A stretch of DNA of 52,408 nt from an uncultured bacterium (GTDB taxonomy: Bacteria; Joyebacterota; Joyebacteria; Joyebacterales; Joyebacteraceae): contig CAZNHF010000001.1 in NCBI GenBank assembly GCA_964572375.1, positions 1 through 52,408 of the forward strand. The letters run 5' to 3'. The notes below the pieces were generated by a model, which ran no database searches, was not told the DNA's origin, and was given only the letters and a program-made list of their open reading frames with translations. Within the stretch, counting starts at the first letter, position 1. Each line of letters starts with the position of its first letter. The position numbers were made by a program, and so were the translations under genes. Positions 26,629-35,638 of this stretch are shown here, piece by piece.

Positions 26629-28740
26629 TCAGGGTTCCACGACCGACCTTCGCACGCCCACGTTCCCCGGGCGATCGAACGCCCTGACAGCCACGGCGTG
26701 CTCGCCCCGGGGTAGTTCGTCGACCTCGAGACGCCCCGTCTCCACGAGTGTGTCGTACATCCCGTCCGCCGGGAATACCGGCTGCCAATCCCCGTAGTCC
26801 ACTGAGACCTCGACGGCCACAAGCGGGCTTGAAACATCCTCGATCTCGACTTCGAGCGTCGCACCATCTCCGCTCCTGGTCAGCTCGATCCTCTTTACGG
26901 TCGGCGGTGTGTTGTCGATGACGAAGGCTCCGCTTGTGCCCTCCGCCTCGAACGCGCTCCCGGCGGGATTGCCGGGACGGTCGGAAACAACGACACGCAT
27001 TCGATAGTCGCCGTCCGGCATCGAGTAGCTGTCCCACGTGTGAACGGACCGATCGAGATCTCCGGCCATCAGTCCCCACTCGCCGTCGCCCTCGCCGCGA
27101 ACGTAGAGATCAAATGTCAGCGTGTCTCCGTTCGGATCGAACGCATCCCACTCGACGGTGCGAAGCCCTCTGGCCACCGGCGGCACTCCCTCGACGGGGC
27201 GCCCGGACGCGCTCAACGAGTACGTCACCTCGAGACCGGACGCGAGCGTCTGCATCGCGGAGTCGCTGCTGTGCCCGTTGACCGAGAAACCGCTGCCTGC
27301 CGCGGAGACTGTGACGCTGACGATCTGGGGCGGCACGTTCTCGCGAAGGTACGCGATCTCGACTGACCGAAGCGCCGCGCCCCCACCTGCGCCGCCATCG
27401 AACTCCATGCGCCACTGGAGAAATCTCGACGCGGGGCTGGCGACCTTCCCGCTCTCGAGAGGCGCCCAATCGGTCCACGTATCGTCGGGCCGCTCAAGAT
27501 TGCCGCTTCGTGTCTCGATCGAAACGTCGTTTGAACGATCGGCCGTCACCAGACAACTGCCCCAGTGCGCCGACGTCACCGCGTCGAAGACGCGTGACTC
27601 ATAGTGCCCGCCGCCGACGGCGTCCCGGCCAAACATGTAGACCGCCCCGGGTGAGCCCGTCGTAACGACAGCGTAGTCTCCCGACGGGACGATCGAGAGC
27701 ACCTCCCCCTCTTCGAAATCGGCGACGATACCGTTCGATCCGGGCTCGACCGCGAAGAGGAGTCCACCGGCGCCGGCGATGATCGCTCCCGACGGTGTTG
27801 TCCCAAGCGAGACGACCGGCGAATCGGTCGACTGCCAGATTTCATACGCTCCGCCGTCCGTCGCGCGATAGACGGCTCCATCCCCGAGCGGGACACCCGG
27901 ATCGGCCATCTCGTCAAGCGCCTGATCCATCGAGATGCTCGAAGCCGAGAAGAAGAGCGAACCGTCGGCCCCGGGAACGATGCCGGAGATCTCGTCGTAG
28001 CGAGAGTCGTAGAGAACCTCGACGACGCGCTCCGGCGTCACGTCCAGAAGCAGTCCCTCTCCCCCCGTGCCGGCGAACACGCGGCCTCCGCCGACCGCGA
28101 GCGTCACGACATTGAGGTCCGCGGGCCGGGACAGAACGCGGACCTTCCCGCTCCGGTCCAGCGCGATCACGGTCGCCTCCTCACCGGTGCCCACGATGAG
28201 TCCGTGCTCCGGCGAGAACGCCATCGCCCATATGTAGTTCTCGCCCGTTTCATAGAAGAGCTCGGATCCGCCGTCGGGATCGACGCGATAGATCTCACCA
28301 CCGGGCGCCGTCCCGACGAAGACGTCGCCGCCCCACCCGACAGCGAGCGCCGGAAGGTCAACATCGTCCATCTCCAGAAGAACGCGCTCACCGCCAGCGT
28401 CCGCCCGGCGGAGCGTGCCCGGTGTGCCAGTCGTCACGTAGATCTCGCCGCGCGGCCCCACGGCCGCGGACCACACGTACTCGCAGTCCGGGATGTCGAG
28501 TCGCTCCATCGAGACGCCGGGAACAATGCGACCGCTCTCGAGGATGGACACGCCGGACGGCTTCCCCCGGAGGAAACCCGCGTAGCTGTCTGTCGCCCAG
28601 TAGGCAGTCGCGACGGCGGCGGCCCGCCCGCCGTGGCACACGGCCGCGATTGCGACGAGCGCGGCGAGCGCCATTACGATGCGGCCCGCACTTCGCGGCA
28701 TGCGCTCAAGCGTGCGGGTCCGGTTTCGCGTCTGCTTCAT
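26629..28740 (-). CDS. Secreted beta-propeller-like repeat protein with C-terminal Ig-like domains
   Basis: 703 aa from ATG 28740 (AGGAGG SD) with a signal peptide IVMALAALVAIAAV. Repeated G-x-(I/V)-(Y/F)-(V/R)-x-(T/D) blade-like segments, and C-terminal VIDNTPP...RAFDRPGNVG. Confidence 0.72.
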   Translation of the reverse strand: MKQTRNRTRTLERMPRSAGRIVMALAALVAIAAVCHGGRAAAVATAYWATDSYAGFLRGKPSGVSILESGRIVPGVSMERLDIPDCEYVWSAAVGPRGEIYVTTGTPGTLRRADAGGERVLLEMDDVDLPALAVGWGGDVFVGTAPGGEIYRVDPDGGSELFYETGENYIWAMAFSPEHGLIVGTGEEATVIALDRSGKVRVLSRPADLNVVTLAVGGGRVFAGTGGEGLLLDVTPERVVEVLYDSRYDEISGIVPGADGSLFFSASSISMDQALDEMADPGVPLGDGAVYRATDGGAYEIWQSTDSPVVSLGTTPSGAIIAGAGGLLFAVEPGSNGIVADFEEGEVLSIVPSGDYAVVTTGSPGAVYMFGRDAVGGGHYESRVFDAVTSAHWGSCLVTADRSNDVSIETRSGNLERPDDTWTDWAPLESGKVASPASRFLQWRMEFDGGAGGGAALRSVEIAYLRENVPPQIVSVTVSAAGSGFSVNGHSSDSAMQTLASGLEVTYSLSASGRPVEGVPPVARGLRTVEWDAFDPNGDTLTFDLYVRGEGDGEWGLMAGDLDRSVHTWDSYSMPDGDYRMRVVVSDRPGNPAGSAFEAEGTSGAFVIDNTPPTVKRIELTRSGDGATLEVEIEDVSSPLVAVEVSVDYGDWQPVFPADGMYDTLVETGRLEVDELPRGEHAVAVRAFDRPGNVGVRRSVVEP

Positions 28741-28780
28741 GTGTCCTCCTTGGGAACGTCGGTTGGCTAGCCGGCAGCGC

Positions 28781-30766
28781 TCAGCGCTGTCCCGCGTTCT
28801 CATCGATGATGTTGAGCTGAATCTCGTGCAGTCCCACGACAGGTCGGTCGTGGGAGAACTCGAGCTCGTCCAGAACCGTCATCTCGGCACGGTCCACGAT
28901 TCCGGTCGCCGCGCCCGACGCCATCACCAGCGCTGCGCGTCCCGGCACGCGAGCCAGCTCGCGTCCGCTGTGAGAAAGCCCCGGCTCCGTCGACAGGAGC
29001 TGAACGACGACCGTGTCCTCGGTCTTGACGTCGGCGATGGCCTCAACGATCTGGACATAGCTGCGAGGATATGCGCCTGCGCCCAGCCGCTCGATTTCGA
29101 GCATGTGATACTCTGCGGCGCCCGCCACGCGGAGCGAGACGACTCCGGGCTTCGCCGACCGAGGCACGACGACCGCGACCGTACGCTCGCTGCATGCGCC
29201 CTGCCAGTCCCTCAGACCGATGTGAACGACGACCGTGTCGCCCGGCGCGCACTCGGCGCGCTCAGCGGTCACGCGCTCGATGAACGCCTGACGCCGTTCC
29301 GCGCGGGCGCTGACCTCGACCGTGAGTCCGGACAGGTCTCCGCGTCTGAATTCGTTCAGAAGCAGGAGCTCGACCAGGGCCGAGACCTCGCCGCCGACTC
29401 TGAACGGAAGTCCTTCGGTGAAGAACACGTTCTCGTACGTCACGGGTCCGTCCGCCGTCGTCGCGGTAACTCTCAGCGAAGCCGTCGCGGGTCCGGAGAC
29501 CTTTGCGGCCTCCGAAACAGCGTCGGATAGCGCCAGCCCCGTGAAGAGCGCGGCATACGAAGGAGAGCGAACGACATCGAACTCGTAGCGGACCGGCGCT
29601 GCCCCGGCAACCGACACCGTCATCGTCACGGGGATCATGGCGGGCGGCTCGCCGAGGCGGCCCGCCATCACCCTGCGCCGATCCTGAAGGAATGTTCCAA
29701 CAGGCTCGGCTCCGGAGGCGAATTTGAACGAAACGGCGAGCGACGGCATGGATGCATGCACTCGCGCCGACACCATCGGGAGCTCGACGGCCCCCGCGTT
29801 GAAGAGGGGATGTCCGAATGCGAGGATCCTGTCACCGTCGCGGTGGGTAACGGTGCCTATGGCGGTCATCTCGATGTCTCCCGAGACGAGCTGCGCTCCG
29901 ACGGAGGAGCCCGGCTCGAGGACGTCAGAGCCTTCCGTTGAACGACCACCGGAGGTGCGTGCCCCGCCCGTCGCGGCTCGACTCGCTCCCGCAGCGTCCG
30001 GACGGACGACCGCGGAGGCCTGCCCGCCCCCGCCCCACGCCGCGACCGGCACGAACCCCAGAGGTCCAAGCAGATCGGCGGCGCCCGCGAGAAACGCGCC
30101 GTCGCTCGATCCCACGAGGAGCGGCGTCAGGGACGCGACCGGTCCGAAGTCCGCGAGATAGCTCTGCGCCGGGATCGCCGACTCTCCCGCCGTCACACCG
30201 GACAGCACGACGAGACGCCCAATGGGGGTCGACGCGAGTTCGCCACCCGCCGCGCGGTCGAACGCGGCGGCGTACGAGACACCCTGGCCGCCTGCGTCGC
30301 CTGTCGCGCCATCGAGAATATCGAAGGCCGGAAGCATCTCCTCGATCGGCGTGATGCCCGCGATCGGCTCACGGCTGAAGGACCAGGACATGGCGATGGC
30401 GCCGACGAGCCGTCCATCGAGGTAGACGGGACTGCCGCTCATGCCCTGCATGATGCCCGTGCGCTCGACGAGTTCGCCGGAGGCGAGTCCGAGAATGAGG
30501 CTTCCTCCCGGATGCTGACCGGGCACGACGTCGAGGATCTCAAGTTCGAACTCCTCGATCTGCATCCCGCGGAAGACCGTGCGTGCGACGCACCGGTCGC
30601 CGGGCATGAGTTCCTCGAGCGGAACGATCTCCATTCCAGCGGCCGGTCCGACGACCACCGTGATGAGCGCCAGAGTAAGGATGACTGCGGCCAGGGCCTT
30701 GCCCCGGCGCGTCGTCTCTCCGTCGCGACTCGCGGTCGATGTGCACGGACGGGTTCTCTCTGTCAT
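28781..30766 (-). CDS. Membrane-anchored SpoIVB-type peptidase S55 domain protein
   Basis: 661 aa from ATG 30766 with an N-terminal TM (ALAAVILTLALITVVVG). The protease region RTGIMQGMSGSPVYLDGRLVGAIA contains GxSGSP. The ORF-track start at 31105 would overlap the upstream gene. Confidence 0.78.
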   Translation of the reverse strand: MTERTRPCTSTASRDGETTRRGKALAAVILTLALITVVVGPAAGMEIVPLEELMPGDRCVARTVFRGMQIEEFELEILDVVPGQHPGGSLILGLASGELVERTGIMQGMSGSPVYLDGRLVGAIAMSWSFSREPIAGITPIEEMLPAFDILDGATGDAGGQGVSYAAAFDRAAGGELASTPIGRLVVLSGVTAGESAIPAQSYLADFGPVASLTPLLVGSSDGAFLAGAADLLGPLGFVPVAAWGGGGQASAVVRPDAAGASRAATGGARTSGGRSTEGSDVLEPGSSVGAQLVSGDIEMTAIGTVTHRDGDRILAFGHPLFNAGAVELPMVSARVHASMPSLAVSFKFASGAEPVGTFLQDRRRVMAGRLGEPPAMIPVTMTVSVAGAAPVRYEFDVVRSPSYAALFTGLALSDAVSEAAKVSGPATASLRVTATTADGPVTYENVFFTEGLPFRVGGEVSALVELLLLNEFRRGDLSGLTVEVSARAERRQAFIERVTAERAECAPGDTVVVHIGLRDWQGACSERTVAVVVPRSAKPGVVSLRVAGAAEYHMLEIERLGAGAYPRSYVQIVEAIADVKTEDTVVVQLLSTEPGLSHSGRELARVPGRAALVMASGAATGIVDRAEMTVLDELEFSHDRPVVGLHEIQLNIIDENAGQR

Positions 30767-30845
30767 GCGGCAGCTCCCGCGCGCGTGGCGCGCTGTACGG
30801 GCCGAACTCGTAGCCGATGAAGTGTCACCGATGCGGTGGGGCGTG

Positions 30846-31586
30846 TCAAGGAACCCGCGTGGCGTGTGTCCTGACGGTTCCGGTCGCCCCGCTCTCGACT
30901 TCGTAGAGCCGGAACCGGATTCGCTGGTCGCCGAGGAAGTCGACCGGCTCGCCGTCCTCGAAGATCGGCCTGTAGTGCCAGTGGTAGAGCGCTCTGCGCG
31001 CCGCCTGCTCGCAAGCCCGGTCGACCTCGGAGCGCAGCAGCCAGACGTTCGCAACATCTCCGGTCCTGGTGACGTGGAGCCGGAACACGACGACGCCCTC
31101 GACACCGGCGACCTTTGATGACACCGGGTATCTCGGCTTGACCAGGTGGGACACGACCATGTCCTGGCTTCTCGGCTGTGGCAGCGCCATCTCGAGCTGG
31201 CGCAGGATGTCGAGTCCCGCCTCCGCGATATTGTCGGTCTCGTCCCCGACCTCGTGGGTCTCCGACTCCCCTTCCGGAACCTCCCAGTCGGTGATGGTTA
31301 TCGGCACGATACGGAAGATGCTCTGTCCGCCCTGACCGCGCGCCACTTCGACCTCGCGTTCCCTTGGACCAACCTCCCGGACCACCGATATCTCGGGAAG
31401 TATTTGCGTCGGTCCGTGGTAGCCGATGTTGCGAACGAGCGGGATGTACTCGGAGAGGGGCGCGAAGATCTGGATGGCGGCGATGTGCGCCACAACGGAG
31501 AGGGCGAGCGCGACGAACACGCGCCGCCTGTAGCCCCTGTCGCGGGACAGGCGGAAGGTCTTGCTGGAATCAGTCGGAGGGATCAT
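30846..31586 (-). CDS. TonB C-terminal-domain protein
   Basis: 246 aa with an N-terminal TM (VFVALALSVVAHIAAIQIF). The C-terminus VKPRYPVSSKVAGVEGVVVFRLHVTRTGDV...ALYHWHYRP is TonB_C-like. Confidence 0.78.
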   Translation of the reverse strand: MIPPTDSSKTFRLSRDRGYRRRVFVALALSVVAHIAAIQIFAPLSEYIPLVRNIGYHGPTQILPEISVVREVGPREREVEVARGQGGQSIFRIVPITITDWEVPEGESETHEVGDETDNIAEAGLDILRQLEMALPQPRSQDMVVSHLVKPRYPVSSKVAGVEGVVVFRLHVTRTGDVANVWLLRSEVDRACEQAARRALYHWHYRPIFEDGEPVDFLGDQRIRFRLYEVESGATGTVRTHATRVP

Positions 31587-31619
31587 CAGCCGCTCGTTTC
31601 AGGGGGGGCGAGGCAGCTG

Positions 31620-32831
31620 TCAGAATTCGTAACCCTTCGGGACGACGACAATGCCGCTCGGAGTCGTGACAAATCGCTTGGCGTCCTCTTCCGGGTCGTA
31701 CCCGATCTGCGTCTTGGGCGGTATGCAGACTCCCTTGTCGACGATGACGCGCCTGAGCTTCGCGTATCTGCCGACGTCGACATCCTCCATGAGGATCGAC
31801 TCGAACGCGTAGCTGAAGCTGTTCGTGCGAACGCCGGGCGAGAGAACGCAGCGCTGGATCCGACCGCCTGAGATGATGCTCCCCGTCGACACGATCGAGT
31901 CGACGGCGATACCCGTCCTGTTGCCGCGCTCGCCATCCGCGAAGACGAACTTGGCGGGAGCGTACATACCCTGATACGTGTGCACGGGCCACTTCGGGTC
32001 GTAGAGGTTCAGCCGGGGCGTCACGTCCACGAGATCCATGTTGGCCTCCCAGTATGCGTCGATCGTGCCGACGTCCCGCCAGTACCCGGAATCGTCGTCA
32101 TCGCCGAACACGAAGGCGCGGACGTCGTATCCCTCGCGCACCATCCGTGGGATGATGTCGCGGCCGAAATCGAACTCCCCGGCTGCGGCCGCGTCCTTGA
32201 GAGCGTCGACCATCCGGGGCGTCGAGAACACGTAGATGCCCATCGACGCGAACACGCGGTCCGGTCTCCCTGGAATCGTCCGTGGCGCCTCAGGCTTCTC
32301 CTGGAAGCCACGGACGATCAGGTTTTCATCAACATCGGTGATGCCAAGCCCGTGCGCATCGGCCGCACTGCGCTGCTGAACGCAGATCGTGAGATCCGCA
32401 CCGGCTGCTGCGTGGTACGCCAGCATCGGTCTGTAGTCCATCGCGTAGATGTGGTCGCCTGAAAGAACGAGCGTGAACCGCGACGGCACCTGCTCGAGAA
32501 GATAGACATTCTGCCAGATGGCGTCGGCCGTGCCCTGGTACCAGTTTTCGCCGAGCCGCTGCTGCGCGGGGACGTTCTCGATGAACTCGTCCATCCAGTG
32601 ACTCAGAAAGCCCCACCCCTGTCTGAGGTGCCTCGCCAGCGAACGGGACTTGTACTGCGTCAAAACGAACACCCTCTTGAGACCAGAGTTCAGGCAGTTG
32701 GAGAGGCTGAAGTCGATGATGCGATAGATTCCGCCGAACGGCACAGCCGGCTTCGCCCTGTCGCGGGTGAGCGGTTGGAGGCGTTCGCCCTTGCCGCCGG
32801 CGAGCAGCATCACAACGGTCTCTCTGTTCAT
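31620..32831 (-). CDS. glgC: Glucose-1-phosphate adenylyltransferase
   Basis: 403 aa from ATG 32831 (GGAGG SD). LAGGKGERLQPLTRDRAKPAVPFGGIYRIIDFSLSNCLNSG is the GlgC signature. Confidence 0.9.
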   Translation of the reverse strand: MNRETVVMLLAGGKGERLQPLTRDRAKPAVPFGGIYRIIDFSLSNCLNSGLKRVFVLTQYKSRSLARHLRQGWGFLSHWMDEFIENVPAQQRLGENWYQGTADAIWQNVYLLEQVPSRFTLVLSGDHIYAMDYRPMLAYHAAAGADLTICVQQRSAADAHGLGITDVDENLIVRGFQEKPEAPRTIPGRPDRVFASMGIYVFSTPRMVDALKDAAAAGEFDFGRDIIPRMVREGYDVRAFVFGDDDDSGYWRDVGTIDAYWEANMDLVDVTPRLNLYDPKWPVHTYQGMYAPAKFVFADGERGNRTGIAVDSIVSTGSIISGGRIQRCVLSPGVRTNSFSYAFESILMEDVDVGRYAKLRRVIVDKGVCIPPKTQIGYDPEEDAKRFVTTPSGIVVVPKGYEF

Positions 32832-32924
32832 CCATCCTCCGAGGTCAGCGACAAGAACACGGCACGACGCACAGCAGTCTGGCACAGCCAGACTGCCATT
32901 GCGCTACGAGAGCAGGGCATCGCC

Positions 32925-33854
32925 CTACTCGTAACGCACCATGTCCCCTGCATCGAACCCGCTTCCGGACACGACGCCGCAGATCGAATACTTCTCTTTG
33001 ATATCGGAGGCCTTGATGACGCCGATCTTCTCCTCTTCGGCGCCGAGATCCAGCCCGGTCACCGGGTCAATAAGGGCCTCGCCCATGCGATACACGTTGA
33101 ACTGCATCCCGGCCGTAACGCCAGTGCTCTCGCCAGCGTTGAGGTAGATCTTGCCGGGGTCCGCCTTGACGATTCGACCGGTCCAGGGCACGTCCTCAAG
33201 CGTCTCCGTGATCGACTCCACGAGGGCGTCGATCGCCTCGCGCGTGGCCTTGCCGACGAGCGTCTGGTCGAACTTGCCGTCGTGGCCGAACGTGAAGTCT
33301 TCCGTCCGGAGCTTGAGCCCCGTCTGGGTCCTGTCGGCGTCGGCGGTCTCGGCGAGAAGGATCTCGCCTGTGGTCGTGTCAATCATGCGAACGTCGATCG
33401 CGACCCTCGCGGTCGTCCGCGAGATGCCGCCACCGAACCCCGCGATGCCGCCGCCAGTGGTCGACTCCATGTAGCCGAACTCAGACACCGTGCCGTAAAC
33501 GATCGCCGCAACTCCGAGGAGCTTGCCGAGCTGGGGCGCCGTCTGAGCCGTCACCTTGCCCGACTGCCCGAGATTCTGCTCCGCAAGAACGTGGTCGAGC
33601 TGCTCGCGCTCCATGACGCTGAAGCTGCCGGACTGGACGAGCGCCGTCGTGAGCATGTCGGACATTCCACGTCCGGGATTCGGCCCGGTCCAGTGCCAGC
33701 GGCTGTGGTCGCTCTTGTCTTCGAACTCGACGACCGCGATCATCTTCTTCAAACCCTTCGGCTCGTCGTCCTTCGCAACCGCGACGGTGGACAGCGCCGC
33801 CGCGAGTACGACGACCATGAGAACCGACCAGACGACTCTTGCACGAACGCTCAT
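32925..33854 (-). CDS. CsgG/HfaB-family protein (curli-type secretion-channel family)
   Basis: 309 aa. It has a signal peptide and then IAVVEFEDKS...GRGMSDMLTTALVQSGSFSVMEREQLDHVLAEQNL...AAIVYGTVSEFG, typical of the CsgG family. No lipobox Cys is seen. GTG 33857 is an alternative start. Confidence 0.82.
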   Translation of the reverse strand: MSVRARVVWSVLMVVVLAAALSTVAVAKDDEPKGLKKMIAVVEFEDKSDHSRWHWTGPNPGRGMSDMLTTALVQSGSFSVMEREQLDHVLAEQNLGQSGKVTAQTAPQLGKLLGVAAIVYGTVSEFGYMESTTGGGIAGFGGGISRTTARVAIDVRMIDTTTGEILLAETADADRTQTGLKLRTEDFTFGHDGKFDQTLVGKATREAIDALVESITETLEDVPWTGRIVKADPGKIYLNAGESTGVTAGMQFNVYRMGEALIDPVTGLDLGAEEEKIGVIKASDIKEKYSICGVVSGSGFDAGDMVRYE

Positions 33855-33971
33855 CACTCACTCCCCCCGGGCACGAGCCCCTTGCTCCGTTTGCCGCGCC
33901 GCTCTCCGCGAACACAGAAGCGTCTTCACGCCCCGTGGCCAGCGACGCCACGATTGATGCACGATGGCCTC

Positions 33972-34000
33972 ATTGTTATGTGGGGGAACGGCAGTGTCAA
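33972..34000 (-). promoter_or_regulatory. Putative promoter TTGACA-N17-AACAAT for the CsgG-family gene
   Basis: The reverse complement of 33995-34000 is TTGACA and of 33972-33977 is AACAAT. Confidence 0.4.
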
Positions 34001-34065
34001 GGATGAGCTTGCTTATGTACCGGGTATCATCTCCATTTCATCTGACATGGCCACCGGCTTTGGAG

Positions 34066-34095
34066 TTGACTCCTTCAACCCGCCGGGAGCACAAT
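34066..34095 (+). promoter_or_regulatory. Putative promoter TTGACT-N18-CACAAT for secreted paralogue 1
   Basis: Hexamers at 34066-34071 and 34090-34095, divergent from the CsgG-family promoter. Confidence 0.3.
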
Positions 34096-34164
34096 GAGTC
34101 GACTCCAGCGCCTTTCCCCCCACCGGCCGGACCCGCACACAGAGCCCCCGGAAGGAGTCATCCC

Positions 34165-35475
34165 ATGAGGTCTCCCACGGCATCGACCGCCATGGCAGCC
34201 GTCATGCTGCTCGCCGGTGCCTTCACGCTCGTCGCCGCCTGTCCGCAGGCGGGAGCCACGCCGTGTGCCCCACGTGCCGGACTGCAGATGCCCCCGGTTG
34301 TCGAGACCGCCGTCTCTCTGAACGCCCCGCAAGCCGGAACATTGCTCCGTCCGGAACGCCAGGACGTGACGGTACTCTGGTCGGACGACATGGAGAGCGG
34401 CGCGCCCGGATGGACGCATCGAGACCACGGCTGGGGTATCCTGCCGCACTTCCGCGTCGACACGTACATGGCGTTCGAAGGCGACCACAGCTGGTGGTGC
34501 GGGGACTTCGAGTTCGACTCGAATGGCGGCTACGGCAACGGGTGGGACGACCGTCTCGAACTTCCGCCGATCGACGTGACGGGCGCATCCTATCCGGTTC
34601 TGACATTCGCGCACTATTTCCACAGCGAGCCGCAACGCGACCGCACGTATCTTCAGGCGATGCGAGGCGGCGCGTTCGATGATCTGAACGCCGGCTTCGA
34701 CGGGCTCATCCCGGGCGGCACCTGGATCGACCTCGGCACGTACGGTTACGTCGTCGACGACCTCGACAATCCGCTCGAGATCAGGTTCCGCTTCCTCTCC
34801 GACGGAACGAACTCGGACGAGGACGGCGGCTTCGACTCAACCGGCGGCGCGTACATGGTCGACAACATCAAGGTCTTTGACTTCTACGGTGGCGAGGTGC
34901 TCTTCCTCGACGACGTTGAGAGCGGCGGGCTCTGTAATCCGAACGTCCAGCCGCTCACAGGCGATCTGTGGCACATCGTAGAGCGGCCCTGCGCGGCGAC
35001 GACCGCCCCGCACGTCTGGTGGTGCGGCGACGACGCCGACACGTCCCACGTGCCCGGACGGCTCGACGACTGGCTGGTCTCACCGCCCGTCGATATCTCC
35101 TCGCTCGACCCGGGGACCCCGTGCACGCTCCGCTACATGCTCCACGCCGAGGTGCCGGCCGTGGACAACGACTACTGGACCGTCTACGCATCCTCCGACC
35201 GCGGCGAGACGTGGTACCAGCTCGGAGCGTGGTGGGGCGACTTCGGATCCTGCTCGGGCTGGAGCCAGGCCGGCGCCCACGGGCTCTCCGTGACACATCT
35301 TCTTCCGGGCACATCTTTCCGCGCGCTGTTCCGTTTCTTGACGACAGACAACGGTTGTGGTCCCGGCACCGCGGGCGGCGCCGGGATAACACTCGACGAC
35401 GTCTCGCTCTTCGCCGCCACATCACCGGTATCGCGGACCAGCTGGGGACGCATCAAGGCGACGTACCGGGAATGA
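34165..35475 (+). CDS. Secreted (probable lipo-)protein, paralogue 1; two tandem MAM/choice-of-anchor-J-like modules; C-terminal SWGRIKATYRE
   Basis: 436 aa from ATG 34165 (GGAAGGAG SD). Lipobox-like LVAAC. Motifs DDMESGAPGWTH, WWCGD and MVDNIKVFDFYGG. About half the residues are identical to the next gene by eye. Confidence 0.8.
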   Translation: MRSPTASTAMAAVMLLAGAFTLVAACPQAGATPCAPRAGLQMPPVVETAVSLNAPQAGTLLRPERQDVTVLWSDDMESGAPGWTHRDHGWGILPHFRVDTYMAFEGDHSWWCGDFEFDSNGGYGNGWDDRLELPPIDVTGASYPVLTFAHYFHSEPQRDRTYLQAMRGGAFDDLNAGFDGLIPGGTWIDLGTYGYVVDDLDNPLEIRFRFLSDGTNSDEDGGFDSTGGAYMVDNIKVFDFYGGEVLFLDDVESGGLCNPNVQPLTGDLWHIVERPCAATTAPHVWWCGDDADTSHVPGRLDDWLVSPPVDISSLDPGTPCTLRYMLHAEVPAVDNDYWTVYASSDRGETWYQLGAWWGDFGSCSGWSQAGAHGLSVTHLLPGTSFRALFRFLTTDNGCGPGTAGGAGITLDDVSLFAATSPVSRTSWGRIKATYRE

Positions 35476-35638
35476 CGGATGAGGACGCGCGCGCGCTCGC
35501 CCCGCGAAATCTGAGAACCCCTGTTTTCGGGTTGACAACGGGCGCCCGAAGCACAAGGATGACGCCATTGGGAACACTGTCGCTCCGAAACGCGGATTTG
35601 TATGGAGCGACCGGGGCAGTATTGACGGGAGGTACACA

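Noticed and set aside
32598-34097. 499-aa plus-strand ORF
   Set aside because: It is antisense to glgC and the CsgG-family gene, both of which have strong family motifs.
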